Positions 32,244-46,230 of a stretch of DNA of 64,000 nt are shown one piece after another (positions within the stretch are counted from its first letter, which is position 1; every line of letters starts with the position of its first letter). This stretch comes from Auanema rhodensis. Lineage: Eukaryota > Animalia > Nematoda. The notes beneath the pieces were generated by a model. It had not been told where the DNA came from. It worked only from the letters and a program-made list of their open reading frames with translations, and did no database searches. A program made the position numbers and the translations under genes. The stretch is taken from the NCBI GenBank assembly GCA_964057225.1, contig OZ059896.1, positions 13,578,001 to 13,642,000 of the forward strand. The letters are read 5' to 3'.

Positions 32244-35200
32244 GTAGAAAAGGAGGAAACATATGTGGTCACTAAGTACACATATGAATGAACGACTGAA
32301 TTTAAATCTCACAAAGGTTGGAGTAAATTACTTGTAGTGATAGAAATACAGAACTGAATTCATATATAATAGAATTGGAGAGACAGTGATGAAAGGATGA
32401 TGATGTTATTTTGAAATGAGAATTCAATGATATGATGCTTCTATGAATGATGGCTTCTCATGGATACATGTTGAGACATGAGAAAATGATTGATACTTGA
32501 GATATGGAGGTGAAAAAGAAAAGTAAAAGAAGACCAAATGAAACCATATGATTATGAAGAAGGATATCAAACTTTTGAGTATAGTTAGATGAAACAGATT
32601 TTTCGAAATAAAATTAATGATTAAGATGATGTAAAATATGTATGAGGTCACAGTATATATGAAAAATAATAAAAATAGAATAAGAAAAAACAGATTTATA
32701 AAGATGAAATACGACTGTGGGGGAGGGAGATGAGAGGAAACTAGTAATGACAGAAAGAGAAATGAGTACAACCGCTCTAAACGAACACACCGAATGAAAT
32801 AAGTTACTGGTGCGCAATTACACGTGAATATTTCACGTAGCAGTCAAAGTGTAAGGCTGCCAATATGCATATGTTGATGTCGTCGTTTTCCAGAACTCTC
32901 GAGTTTTCGAAGAAGAAGGGTGAAGGGTAGAGATGGTTAGGAGTGGGGGAAGAGATGTATAGAGTAGAGATGGGCTATGATGAAGAAGAAAGAAGAGAAG
33001 GCAAAAATGGTATGTGGGAGTAAGCAGAAAATGGCAAGAGTTAAGAAAGAGATAAATATCCGGAAGTTATTGATGAAGAAAAAGAATACGAAGGAAGGAT
33101 AATTGCAATTAGCTCATTATGGGACAGGATGGCTTATGCACTTTTGAAATTTGGTAGAAAAACATCAGAAATAAGTGAAAGTACGCATGTACATTAAGTT
33201 AAATGAACTTACGTTCATGAAGTTTAAAATATAATTTATATTTACATAATAAATATGTATTTATTAAAATAAAATAAAACGAACAAGTTGAAAATGAAAT
33301 TTATATGTATGTACATGAATATACATATAGATAGACATCCATATACATCCATATACATGTGTATATGTGTATATTTGACAAATTTTCTACTTCTTTCTTC
33401 TTTTTTCCGGGTGGGAGGGAGGAAAATAGTTTTTATTTCACTATTTGGTACAAAGATTAAAACAAAACAGAAGAAGTGAATGAAATAGGCATAGAGAGCA
33501 AGAGAGAGATAGAGAGAAAGAGGGAGAGAGAGAGAAAGAGAGAGAGAGGTTGAAAGATATATTGGAAGAGAGAGAGGGAGAGAGAGATTGAAAGATATAT
33601 AGGGAGGGAGAGAGGGAGAGAGAGAAAGAATTGGATAAAAGGGAGAACTAACTACTAACTACACAAGAAGAAGAACAAAAAGAAGAAGTAGAAGAGATCT
33701 GAGCCACATAGAAGGGAATGGTGAGAAAGGAAGGAGGGGGTGACTTCTTCTTAATCAAAAACTTGAAGTTGAGACAAGGCGATAGACAAGAAGCATCTAA
33801 TGAAAAGGAAAATTTTTTTGTTATAGATTAAGATGTATATATGTTATTTGAACGAAACAATGTCAGTAAGTTAAGCATAAAATAATAGAAAAATAGCTTC
33901 GGTTGATTTGCTACTAGCTGCAACTAACCAACACGCTATTCATTTTTTCCAGGCTATGGCCTGCCCTGCTTCGGTGAGTGCAACATTGAGATTTGTTAAG
34001 AAAAATGGTTGTGTGTTAGAGAAGGTTAGTAAATTCATTTTTCCATACATTTTCAAATATTTCCATCTTTTTCTAAGTTTAAAATATATTTATTACAAAG
34101 AAATATATAGTGTACTATTCATCAGAAAAGCAACAATTTTTTAAAATGATTAGTTTTTAAATATTTTATACAAAATATTTGAAATAGAAATAGAATTTAA
34201 ATGAATATTTATAAGTACAAAGTAGTTCAAGTTTAATTGATTTAAGACAAATAATGTATATATATACATATGTATAAAGAAGAATTCATAAGAAAATTAT
34301 TTCTTATTTTCATTTTTCTTATTTTCTTAAATCGTATTGAGAATTGGGATTGAAGTGAAGAAAATTCAAAAACAACAACTGGAAGCTGCACACATAAGAC
34401 AACGATAGGATCATATGAAGAAGGTTGTGAGGGGGGGGGTCAGAAGGTGCAAGACACGTATATGAAAAGAATAATTTTCAAGTTTATTTCCTTCAAAAGA
34501 ATATCAGAATAATCTTTAATACAAAAGAGAAAAAGAATAATTTCAAAAGCTTCATCCAGATTCTTACAGATTAAAAGTCTCTTGTTCAAATCTTTAAAAT
34601 TGAGAAGGTCAGTTCATTTTAAATAAGGAAATTTTATTTATTCCTAAAAATTCTTTTGTTCGGACAAATTTAAAGGAAAAAGAAAGTAAAAAAAAAGTTG
34701 TGTAAAGTTCAACAAAATGCTTAAAACTATTTCTTTTTGGAATATTTTGAAGACTGAGAAGAAAACTAAAAAGAGAGAGAGAGAGAGAGAGAGAGATGTA
34801 GATACATACACACATACGCACATATGTACATATGCTTGTTCATCTATATTTGAAAATTATCCATTATTAGCTTTTCATTTTTAATAAATAAAGTTAACTT
34901 TTTTTTATTTATTTATTATTTTATTACTATATAATATATAAAATTTAATTAAAATAATATTTCAAAGAGAATGATTTGAGAAAAGAAAAGCAATTGTTCT
35001 CTGATCAAACAAGAACATTGTCTTTTCTTTTTTCAAATTTATAATCCATATTAAATTCATGTAAAATTACCAAAAATCAAGATTTTTCTGGACCAAGAAA
35101 CCTAATATGGTGACAGAAAAAGAAGTTTTTTTTTTTTAATTTTCTAAATGCTAATGAAATACTGATGATTCTAAGAAATCAAGTCATCGTATCTTAGAAT

Positions 35201-37658
35201 AAGAAATAGTAATGGAAGATGAAGTACATAAGCAATCTTGTGTAGTAGTAATTGAACATATGAAAAGATAGATAAGGAAAGACAAAGATTATCCAATAAA
35301 ACATATTACATCATTAGAAATTGAATAATTTCTAATTTTAGATTCTTCTTATATACTTATTAAGATGATTTATTTGAAAAAAAAAGAAAGAAAAAACTGT
35401 GAAATGCTCGTTATCTCGTCTCATCATTCTCTTAAAAGCTGGAATAGAGAGTCGTTTTTTTGCGTGCTCACTTCCCATATCTCTCAATGGTTATCTATCC
35501 AACTAATGTTATCTCAAAAAGCTTTTTTTTCATCAACTCATTCTTTTTCAATTTCATCTTTTCTCTCTCTACATATACATTTCTCTCTCTCCCTCTCTAT
35601 GTTTCCTTTTTTTCAGAAAATGCTCTACCTCTCTCTATCTCTTATTATCTCACTTCTCTTATATGTCTAACTATTTTTCTTCACCATTGAATAGATCTTC
35701 TTCATCTAATTTAATACCTATTCAGAGAATAAGGCATGAAGGTTCATCCTATTATGCAGAGGAGGGTCGTAGGAAATGAAAATAATTGCTTTTATGACTA
35801 TTACAATCTTTCATTGGGTTTTTTTTATTTTATTTTAATAATTTATATTTTTGAAGATGTGAAACTCAAAATTCAACTTGTGTTGTTGATGTATAAGTTA
35901 AGAAGAAAATGACTGATCACAAGCATTTTTTGGGAAAAAGTGAAAAAGTCGTTGTGATGATTGAACTTGTATAGAATTTTAACATAAAAGAGATGTGAAG
36001 AAGACTACCAATGAAAGCATCTTCAAGCATCACATGAACTTTATTTGTTAAAAATTTTAATTTTATTCCTTCAAAAGAAAAAAAACCTTTTCAAATTCTT
36101 TTACTTACTTCAACAACTTAATCTCAAACTTTTAGTTCATTCAACTTTTCTTCTTTGATTACTTAAACATTCTTCTTTTTTCTTTTTTTTTTTTGTTGTA
36201 AAAACCTGCACATTGCTCTTTTCATAAGTGGAAGTACATAAAAATTTAGACGTAAAGATGAAGAAATAATGAAAAAAAAACTTGTAATCCTTCAAGTATT
36301 TAATAAATTGATGTACATCAAGCTCTACATAATTTTTTAAATTTTGGTCGGATATCCGAAGGATCAAGAATCCCTTATAAAAATGAAAAATAAGCTGACT
36401 AAGTTGCAAACGCAGATCAAAGGTGGTTGAGGTATGATCTTCATATGACGCCCCCGTGTGCTTCTCTCAGCTCATTGGAACTAAAGGAAAACTAAAGCGA
36501 GCATATGATTATTCCTCTTCTATAGGTCATAATTATTATTTTAATAATAGAATTATATACTAAATATTATAGAAATGTTATAAATATTAATAGAATACTG
36601 TAAAAATTATTAGAGAATAATGGAAAAAGACCATGTATAGATGCTACTGCTTTGAACAAGTTCATCCATTTTGCTTTTGGGCTATGTTTCAAACAAGAAA
36701 AAACAATTTAGAAATGTTCTTTGTTAAAGAACATCTTATAATTATCTTTTTCACATCTTTTTGTCCATTAAATTGAAGGGAAAAAATAAAATTTTATCGT
36801 AAAATAGTGGTTTTTCATGGCGTATTTCATGCTCATACATCACTGACTTCATCTCATTTCCAAGATAAAATTTAAAAATAAAATAAAACTTTTTTTTTCT
36901 CAAAAACAATACGCAAAAATTAAAATTAATAAATTTATTTTTTATTTTATTTTTGACTTCTTATCTTTCTTTTTCCTTTTTTGATTCCAATGAAACATTT
37001 TAGACTCTCGCTATCTGTCTATTCATTCATTCATTCATTCATACTTCCATAATCCACCCTCAATTTCTTTTAGAATATTTGATATTTCTTAAATTTTTTT
37101 CTATCATTATAATTTATTTTATTATTTTTTTACATGCGAAATTGTAAAATATTCTAGTACTATAAGAGACACATAACACCGCTACATAATCTATGTGAAG
37201 TATATAAAGCTTAACAGAAAGTATCCAAGAATGAGGAAAAATGAACAGAATCCTAAATCTTCTTTACCACCCATCCTAAGACCTTTTCAATTACTTTTTT
37301 TTTATAATGCTGCCAACTTTTGTCGAGACATATGGGTAATCGAACATTCAAAGTATAAGGCAGAGTGCCTGCATGCATCCGCGGACTCTCAAAACACATA
37401 TGCAACTTAAAGCTAATGTAGCGAGTCTAAATGAGTCAGAGAGAAAGATAGTAGAAAACTAAGAATAATCTTTTTTTCTCAAGATTTAGTGCTACAGTTC
37501 ACTTTAAGAACAACATAGCTTCTCTACTTAACCAACCCACAAATTGGAAAAAATGGAAGAAAATACGAATTACGAGAACGAATTCTTAAGATAAAATGTC
37601 GAAATAAATGAAAAATTAGAGTGTATGAGAGATAAAAGAGTAAGAAGTTCTTACTTAC

Positions 37659-37819
37659 CTCACTAGCTTTTAGAAGATTCAATTCTACTAGCCGACGATG
37701 CATATCCAAGATTAATTTACTTTTGTTTTCTGATTTTATCATATTTCGAATTAGCAATAGATCTTCTGGAGATGGTACTGCCCTCATCCCCATCGATGAC
37801 ATAATGTTCGGCAGAAAGT
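37659..37819 (-). other. Isolated exon-like segment
   Basis: TTCTTCAG acceptor and GAG|GTAAGT donor bracket an open frame (FLPNIMSSMGMRAVPSPEDLLLIRNMIKSENKSKLILDMHRRLVELNLLKASE). Parent gene not identified. Confidence 0.35.
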
Positions 37820-39699
37820 CTGAAGAATGAAAAACTGATTATTGATACTTTTGAAGGTATTCCTATATTGTTATAAACAACGATATATAGTATAATTTGA
37901 ATCTGTTAAACGAGAGAAAACAGTAAGAGAGATAGATAGAGTGAGAGGGAGAGAGAGAAAGAGATAGAGAGAGAGAAAGAGAAGATAATAACTTTTTCAT
38001 TGATATACATATATGTGTCTGTTATGTATGAATTCTTATAAACATTCTATACTGTATTTTTGTCTTTCTGACAGACAAAATTATTGAAATAGCGCATAAA
38101 CAGAACAACAATTGTCTTAAAGGAATTTCATTTCTTCTTTTTTTTCTTAGAAAGCGGGAAAAGTAAAACGTTAAAACAACTTCAAGCTGTAATAGGAACT
38201 ACCTTGGGTTTAAAGCTTAGCGTATTAGGAGAAAAACAATTTGAAAAAGAAGCATTTAAATTAGAATGGAGAAACGACTGAAATACATAAATGAGAGAAA
38301 GAAGAGACTATAATGAGTAGAGAAAATAGAAAAGAAGGAGAAAAAGGTTTAAAAACTTTTTTGTCTAATATATGATTTCAAAGTGATTTTTGTATTTTGA
38401 TGTTTGTAAAATAAATATATGTTGCATGTAGGCGTAGATGCAAAAGTCAGAGAATACAAGATGGAAATATATCCTTTTATTCAGTTTTTTTTTATTTCAG
38501 ATATGGAGGAGAATGAAGTTATAAACTATTTTTTTCATTATTATATACAAAAAAAGACCAATAAAAAATTATTATCGGAATTCAAAAAATGGAGGAGTAG
38601 GAAGAACAGGAAGGGGGGGGGGGGGGCTATGACATAGAAATGCTTTAAGAGGAGCAGAAATGAGTTGGATAAAAAAATTTTTTTGTAGTAGAATTTGGAA
38701 GAGAAAAGCTACTGTTTTGAAGAAATTAATAAAAGTGGCTTGAATTATAAGAAAGGTTATGCTAAGCTATGTATTTTGAATGAAAAATAGGAATAATAGT
38801 TGGCAATTAAGTTAAAAATTAATTGAATTAATGGACAGAATAGAAAAAGTTAAATTTGTAAAATTCTAATGAAAAGTAGAAAAATGAAATTATGGATGGA
38901 ATGATGAGACGAGGAGTGCCTGAAGCAATTATTGAAGTAAAAGTGAATTCATGTCAAATACACATGATAAGTTTGGGCCAACAGAAAAGGCAGAAGCCAT
39001 ATAACAGAAGACAAATACATGTCATATCTAGCTAATGAGAAACACAAACTCTTACTAATTAACATTAAAAGAGCAACTATTTTTTTAAATATTGAAACGA
39101 TGTAACAAAGAAACATAGTCAAGTGTCAAAGCACTGAAATTAGAAAATCGAGGAGAAGCCTAAAGTGCATGCATCACGTACTGACGTGATTGAATATGTT
39201 AATTTGCAATGTGATATGCTAATCTCACGTACACACGTGCATCAGTGGTATGTTCATTTCATCTAATATTGACGCTATGATTCGGTTGTTTATGAAAAAG
39301 GAAATGAAAAGATTTTTTTACAAGTTATGTAAAAAATATAAGTAATATATAGATGTATATATACATTATTATAATGTTTATATATATAAATATATATATA
39401 TATATAAACTATATGTTTATTTGATAGATAAATTTGTAGATACATACGTTGTATATACTATATATATATATATATAATAAATATCTGTTACTTATTTATA
39501 TATATATAACATTTATTTTGTTCTTTTCAATCTATCATTTTTCTCTATCATTTTGTGTGTGAAATAAAATAAAATATAATATTTGAAATATCTTTGAAAA
39601 CAGTGAGTTTCTTCGTATTTTCAATATACAATACATGTAGAATATATAGTTCAAACTCCCTCAGCCCCTCCCTCCCTCTCTTTCTCTCCGTCTGTCTCT

Positions 39700-39703
<4 letters not shown>

Positions 39704-39774
<71 letters not shown>
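39704..39774 (+). repeat. (CT)n microsatellite
   Basis: Directly visible, ~70 bp. Confidence 0.9.
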
Positions 39775-39786
<12 letters not shown>

Positions 39787-42762
39787 TCTTTGATTTTAAT
39801 TATTATAAGATAATAATAGAAAAATAACTGATGAATGATGGAAGAATCATATGATAAGCATCTATGTGCATGTCTATAGAGGAAAGGCAGAAAGCAATGA
39901 AAGTTCATGTATGATGTCTCTGCTCAATGGACCGTAAATAAGGACATGAAAGTAGAAGAAATAGATAAATCTAAAAAAAATTATATTATTCTAGTAATAA
40001 TAAAAATAATAAATAAGTAAGATAATCAATAATAATAATTTTAATATTTTAATATAATGATTGTAAGATGAAATACATATTTCAATAAAAGCACATAATA
40101 TTTCTATTAAAATGATATAAAAGAAATTAATGAAAGAAGTTTGAAGATAAGTTATATGAATTATATGAAAAATATTTTTGATTTCAGAGAGAAGAAAAAA
40201 AAATCTAAAAATGGAGAAGTTTATTTGAATTTATAGTAATACTGACAATATACAGCTTTAAATATAACAGATACACATGTGCAAATGATAGTAATACATA
40301 TGTTATAACATATATATATTCATATACATATAGTTAGATAGAGAGATAGATAGAGAGATATAAATATATAAGAACCGCCCATATTCATGTATATTATAAT
40401 TGCATAAATAAAGTTATGCAGATGAATTTAGATTCAAGAAAAGATATCATTTTTTGCTAAAAAAAAAGAAAAAGTTAAACAAATATCGGATATGCACATG
40501 TATGTGCATGCGTATGTACATATACACATGTATGTAGTTGTTCGAGTGTTCCTTATAATTTTGAAAAAAAAATGAAATTGATAGTATGACGTCATGTCAC
40601 AGCAATCACAAGAACATGACAGATAGAAGAGATGTTGCATATGTTGAAGGAAAGAAAAAGATGAGCTGAAGACAAGAAGACACATCTCAAAATGAAGAAA
40701 TGTTAAAAAAAGGAAATGGAGAGGTAAAGAGAGGAAGAAAGAAAATAGCAGGGAAGATATAAAGATATTTTGAAAAAAACAAAACAATAACGGGAAAGAA
40801 ATGATAGGAAATCTTATAGTTATACATATATTGCTTTATTATATGCTTTATATGAGATCGGTATCAATTATTATTTTATATTTTTTTCTATTTATGAAGA
40901 AAAAAAAAAGAAAATAGTTATTATAATAAAAAGAAGTCTGAAATGAAGAACAGTCTAGACATACATAGTATGTATACTACATATTGTATCTATTTTGACT
41001 AGATGTTGTTGAAAGAATTTTAGAAGATGAAAATACACTTTTTATTTCTTTTTTAATCTTCTATATCAGATTTTATTCATTATTTTTATTTATTTTATAT
41101 GTTTATAATAATATATTATAACTATATCATGAAAATATATCAAAGATATATAATTTAAAGCTTTCTTAACAACTATTATCCATTATAATACCATAAGAAA
41201 TATGTTATAATTAATATAATATTTATGAAAAAAGCATTCTTACTTTCCTTTTCTTGGCTATTTATCTATCTTCATCCCTCTTTCTCTCTATGTCTGTCTC
41301 TCTCTATATGATTTCATTGGACTAACGACTTTCACTAACCATCCCACTCTTTTTGTGTTAAAGTACATTAAACATTGTATGGAAATTCTATAGAATTTAT
41401 TTAAGATTTTGGATGAAGATAAAGATATTCTTTATATCCATTACCAATATTCTCTTCCATCAATTCTTTTTCAACACCACCCATTCTTCTTTCTTTCTTT
41501 CTCTCTCTCTCTCTTTCCCTCTTAATATCTCTGAATATCTCCTTACTTGATGATCATTTAAGGACGAAAAAAGATCCTTCGTATTCTCAGAAGAGAGGAA
41601 ATAGAAATTAAGAATATCTAAGATCAAAGCTATGAGGATGCCAGAGACGAGAACTACGACGACAACTTGTGTGTTATAAAAGCTTGATTGAATGAGAAAA
41701 AAAGAAAGAATATCACTCTGAATAGACAAAGACGACGGCAAAGTAAACGTCAGACGAATTCTTTAATTTTATGTTTCTTCCTTAGAGTCCTTATCTATCT
41801 ATCGCCCTTCATGAATATTTCAAAGTTGCAAAAATCCGAATGATTAAGGATCATAGTAGATTTCAAAGATGTCGTCACGCACATATTTACATGAATATAT
41901 AATACATATGTCACATAGTTTTGACCTAATCTTCTCAAATTTATTTTTTTTAGATTTTCAAGTACATATGTACATAAAGTATATTTACATATATACATAT
42001 ACATATTTAAAAATTAAATTAAATTATTATTTTATAAAATAATAGATAAATCTTTTCATATACATACAAGTACGTGTAAATTTATTGAAAAAAGTATGTT
42101 ACGTATCCTTTGTGTAATTGAATCTGAAGTATTTGGTTCTTAGTATTTGATTAGTTACAACCTGAATACTCTGCTAATACTCGGTTTCATTAAATATTTC
42201 TTGATCGAGCAAAGGAACAAGAGCTGTCAAGACAACTAGCTTTAGTAGAAAGAAGAGGGATAGCTTTAGAATGTACTTAGTCATGATATAACGGTGTTCA
42301 TATAAAATAAGAAATCAATGAAACAAGTTAATGATTCAAGCAAAATAATATGAAAATACCTATTTTAGAACAGAATATGTCTTATGAACAAGTTACAACT
42401 CAGCATTTAGATAGATGAAAAAATAATTTATATAATGATTAGTTATATCTGAGAAAATGGTGAAAGTGAGTTATATAGAGAGTGGGGGCATAACAGGTAT
42501 GCAGATTTAATATAATGTTCTATTTTACTTGCAAAGAAAAGGAAAAAAAGAAGAAAATCGAGGAAGGAAGAGGTGAGAGATACTAAACGAAAGATAGAGA
42601 TAATAAGAAAAGGCATAGGAAGTTTAGTTATATAAAGAGAATAAGAAAGTTATTCAAAGAATAGAAGAAGGTTTGAAGAAGATAGATAGATACATACATA
42701 TGAATGTATATGTATATCTAAGGATACATGAAGAACAAATGTAAAGCAGAAAAAAGAGATGA

Positions 42763-42785
42763 AGAGAGAGAGAGAGAGAGAGAGA

Positions 42786-42837
<52 letters not shown>
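42763..42837 (+). repeat. (AG)n microsatellite
   Basis: Directly visible, with a few interruptions. Confidence 0.9.
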
Positions 42838-42840
<3 letters not shown>

Positions 42841-43147
42841 GAGCTAGAATGAATAGGTGCGTGGTATGCGATGAAATAAAAAAATGTACAACGATGACCA
42901 AAAGTATTTCTCCAAGTACAATAGTTTAGTTTAGAATCATTAACCAGAAATGATGAAGCGTAGTTATGTGAAATATGTTTCTCTTACTTGAAATTTATAT
43001 AAATATTCATAGAATTATATTTAAAAGAAAAAAAAGTTTAATGTTGCTAGACAGAAGCTTAGAAGTAACAATTATTTTTTCACCTGTCATTGAATGACGT
43101 GATTATCAACAATATATGAACATGATGATGTCATAATGAGTTCATAC

Positions 43148-43596
43148 CAATGGCACAACACAAAAATCCTAAACACACTGGATATTTCGTTGACATCGTT
43201 TTCTGATTCCACAACCCAAATATAGGATTAGCCTATCATTAGAAATTTATATTTTTTTACATTTTAAAAGAAGAATTTCTCATATAAACTAAACTAACCA
43301 TAGCTCCTGCAATACTTGTTATAGCCATTATGAATGCGAAATGATCTAATGTTGCTGTTGGATCAACCTAAAAAATGATTTATACATTTACGTATACTAT
43401 CAGTTTCTTCTAGTTTTTCTATTTTCATTTATTTTATTTTTTTGAAGAAGAAAATGTTCTTCCACACTTACAAACCTCCTTAATATATTGCCAAGTGGAA
43501 GTAAAGTATATACTAAATTGGATACCGACAAGCATGAGCATTGTACTTGTCATCCAAATTGAAGCCCATGGTGTTCGTCGTGTGTCGGCATTTGCT
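43148..43596 (-). pseudogene. MFSD8-like MFS transporter, N-terminal exons only (partial gene or pseudogene)
   Basis: Three in-phase exons (43596-43477, ~43368-43299, ~43232-43148): TPWASIWMTSTMLMLVGIQFSIYFTSTWQYIKE|VDPTATLDHFAFIMAITSIAGAM|ANPIFGLWNQK.... These match the nematode MFSD8-type TM1-TM2 pattern. No convincing intact downstream exons found. Confidence 0.5.
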
Positions 43597-45179
43597 CTGA
43601 AATTCAGTTCTTACAATTCCGAAAGAACTTAGAATATGTGTTTCTTATTAGGATGTGAAGATTTATGTTCTTTATATTCTTTATACTGTATCGTGTTTTT
43701 GATTTTTGTTTCGAAAACAAAAGAAAAAAAAGAAATAGTTTAAACAATTCTTGGTGCAACTTTTTGAGCTTAAAGCTTGCTTTTCGTAGCGTCACCTCGC
43801 TTTTTAATTTCTTTTTATAAAAGTTCTATTTTACTTTCTATTGTTTTAAACAAACTTTTTTATATACACAATTAAAGTTCTAAGCTTAAAGTTCGAAAAG
43901 AAGTGTTCGGTGAACAAAGTTTTTAAAAAGAAAAATATATTAAAAGAAAACTAACTTTTTAGTAAGTGTAATAGCTGTCATTAGTTAAATATTTAATAAT
44001 AAAAAAACTTTTTTTAAAAAAAAGTGATCCAACAGTAATATAGTAGATGGTTTATGAGTATATGTGTGTGATGAGGTGATGAAATGAGGAAATGTCAAAT
44101 AAAATAAAAAAATTCAGATGATTTTCATCATAGGTGTCACAATGGTGTGATTGACTTTATATAATCAGATTGAATATGGATTATCATAATCGTCTTTTTT
44201 TTCTTTTTTTCAGCATAATTCCTGAACCAATTTCATCGAAGTGTTACTATCATGTCAAATAATTCTGAATGAAGTTTTCTATTTCATATTACATCATCTT
44301 ACGGAAGAAAGTTTGTATTGTAACCTGAAAAAGCCTATTGCTTTCAAACGATTATGTAAATTAGAAAGGTTCATTCCGTTATCCCATTAGATCATAATCA
44401 AAACTAGTTATATGTGTATATGTTTATAATTTTTTTTAGAGAAATAAAAAAAAAGAAAAAAAAAGAAGAAAATAATTATTTTTGGCATTAAAATAAAAAT
44501 GTTTTTCAATTATTATACATTCATAACATATTATAAATACTATAAATCTAATTAAATTTTAAAAATTATGAATTAAATTTAAATAATAATTATTCTAAAT
44601 ATATACATAAATATAAAATATATATATATATATATATATTCAAATTTTGATATTTTAACTGAAAAAACCTTTAAAAAGGTAGAAAGAAAGCGATAAAAAC
44701 GATAGAAAGATGGGTACAAGTATACATTACGTTAAATTCATCAATTTTACATGAATATAATACTTAAATGGGAGAACTTAGTTGAACGTCGACCAAAATC
44801 TCTTCATAGATATTCAGTAAGATTCAGATGTTAAAGCTCCTTGTTTGGAGCTAGATTATAGAAAAAACTTTGTAATTAATCGTGCATTGAATTAAGAATT
44901 TTAAAAATATTTTTAATGAATTAACTTGTTCCTAATCTCAAATTTTGTTACATCGAAATCAATCTTCCATCTTGGGTTGATGAATAGCGTATGAGTCATA
45001 ACTGAAAAGGCCCTCATGTTCAACTAACGCATCACCGGGCTCCTAGGCTGCCAGTCCTGGTTCAATGGGCTTGTTTTAACATTGCTACTCACTAATATCG
45101 GTCTTGTCCTGATTTGTCTGGTCCTGGTGATTGTTTAATCTGGTTTCGTTAAAAAAAATAAAATGAACGATCGAAAACC

Positions 45180-45263
45180 GGTCCTCGTGCTCCTGGTCCT
45201 CGTGCTCCTGGTCCTCGGGCTCCTGGTTCTCGGGCTCCTGGTCCTCGGGGACCTCGGGGACCA
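45180..45263 (+). repeat. GC-rich 15-bp minisatellite (GGTCCTCGKGCTCCT, ~4.7 copies) abutting the satellite
   Basis: ggtcctcgtgctcct x2, ggtcctcgggctcct, ggttctcgggctcct, then ggtcctcgggg-acctcgggg-acca. Confidence 0.85.
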
Positions 45264-46071
45264 GGTGATTCCCCGCTTTTCTCCTCGATCATGAAATGTT
45301 TTCAAATGAAAACATTCTGAACTTGGGTATTGAAACATGAAGAATCTGAATATCCGACTTAGAAAAGGCTTCGACATCTCCATTTTCCAGAAAAACGGTT
45401 TATACCAAGCACACCCACAAGATTGTTCACAAAAAAGTTCAGGCTGTGTTCACGATGTGACCGGTGATTCCTCGTTTTTCTCCTCGATCATGAAATGTTT
45501 TCAAATGAAAACATTCTGAACTTGGGTATTGAAACATGAAGAATCTGAATATCCGACTTAGAAAAGGCTTCGACCTCTCCATTTTCCGGAAAAAGGGTTT
45601 ATACCAAGCACACCAACAAGATTGTTCACAAAAAAGTTCAGGCTGTGTTCACGATGCGACCGGTGATTCCCCGTTTTTCTCCTCGATCATGAAATGTTTT
45701 CAAAAAAAAACATTCTGAACTTGGGTATTGAAACATGAAGAATCTGAATATCCGACTTAGAAAAGGCTTCGACCTCTCCATTTTCCAGAAAAACGGTTTA
45801 TACCAAGCACACCCACAAGATTGTTCACAAAAAAGTTCAGGCTGTGTTCACGATGTGACCGGTGATTCAGCGTTTTTCTCCTCGATCATGAAATGTTTTT
45901 AAATAAAAACATTCTGAACTTGGGTATTGAAACATGAAGAATCTGAATATCCGACTTAGAAAAGGCTTCGACCTCTCCATTTTCCAGAAAAAGGGTTTAT
46001 ACCAAGCACACCCACAAGATTGTTCACAAAAAAGTTCAGGCTGTGTTCACGATGTGACCGGTGATTCCTCG
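45264..46071 (+). repeat. 199-bp satellite, left part of + array (4 monomers)
   Basis: Units recur every 199 bp (e.g. ATGAAGAATCTG at 45337, 45536, 45735, 45934). Confidence 0.95.
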
Positions 46072-46230
46072 TTATATTTATTCGACTGTTAGCTATATTG
46101 TTTACATTGACCTCACGTTACAAAAAAAAAATTTTTTTTGAATAGGGTAATAAGACCGTGGGAAAGGCGGGCTTTAAGTATTGGCGGGAACCGGGTTCTC
46201 AAGTCAATTCTATCAGTAAAACACTTCATA
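46072..46230 (+). repeat. DIRS left ITR (159 bp)
   Basis: Reverse complement of 50333-50491 with no mismatch seen by eye, including the A10T8 / A8T10 tract. Confidence 0.93.

Noticed and set aside
8451-42837. Strand bias of (CT)n tracts following transcription direction
   Set aside because: Counter-examples exist (npr-1 intron at 26095 and the tract at 39704), so there is no consistent rule.
27000-43000. Many hydrophobic ORFs rich in F/L/S or ER repeats
   Set aside because: These are by-products of (CT)n/(AG)n and T-rich low-complexity DNA.
45180-45266. Collagen-like GPRAP coding repeat
   Set aside because: The period is five codons, not Gly-X-Y, and there is no ORF or exon context; it is a minisatellite.
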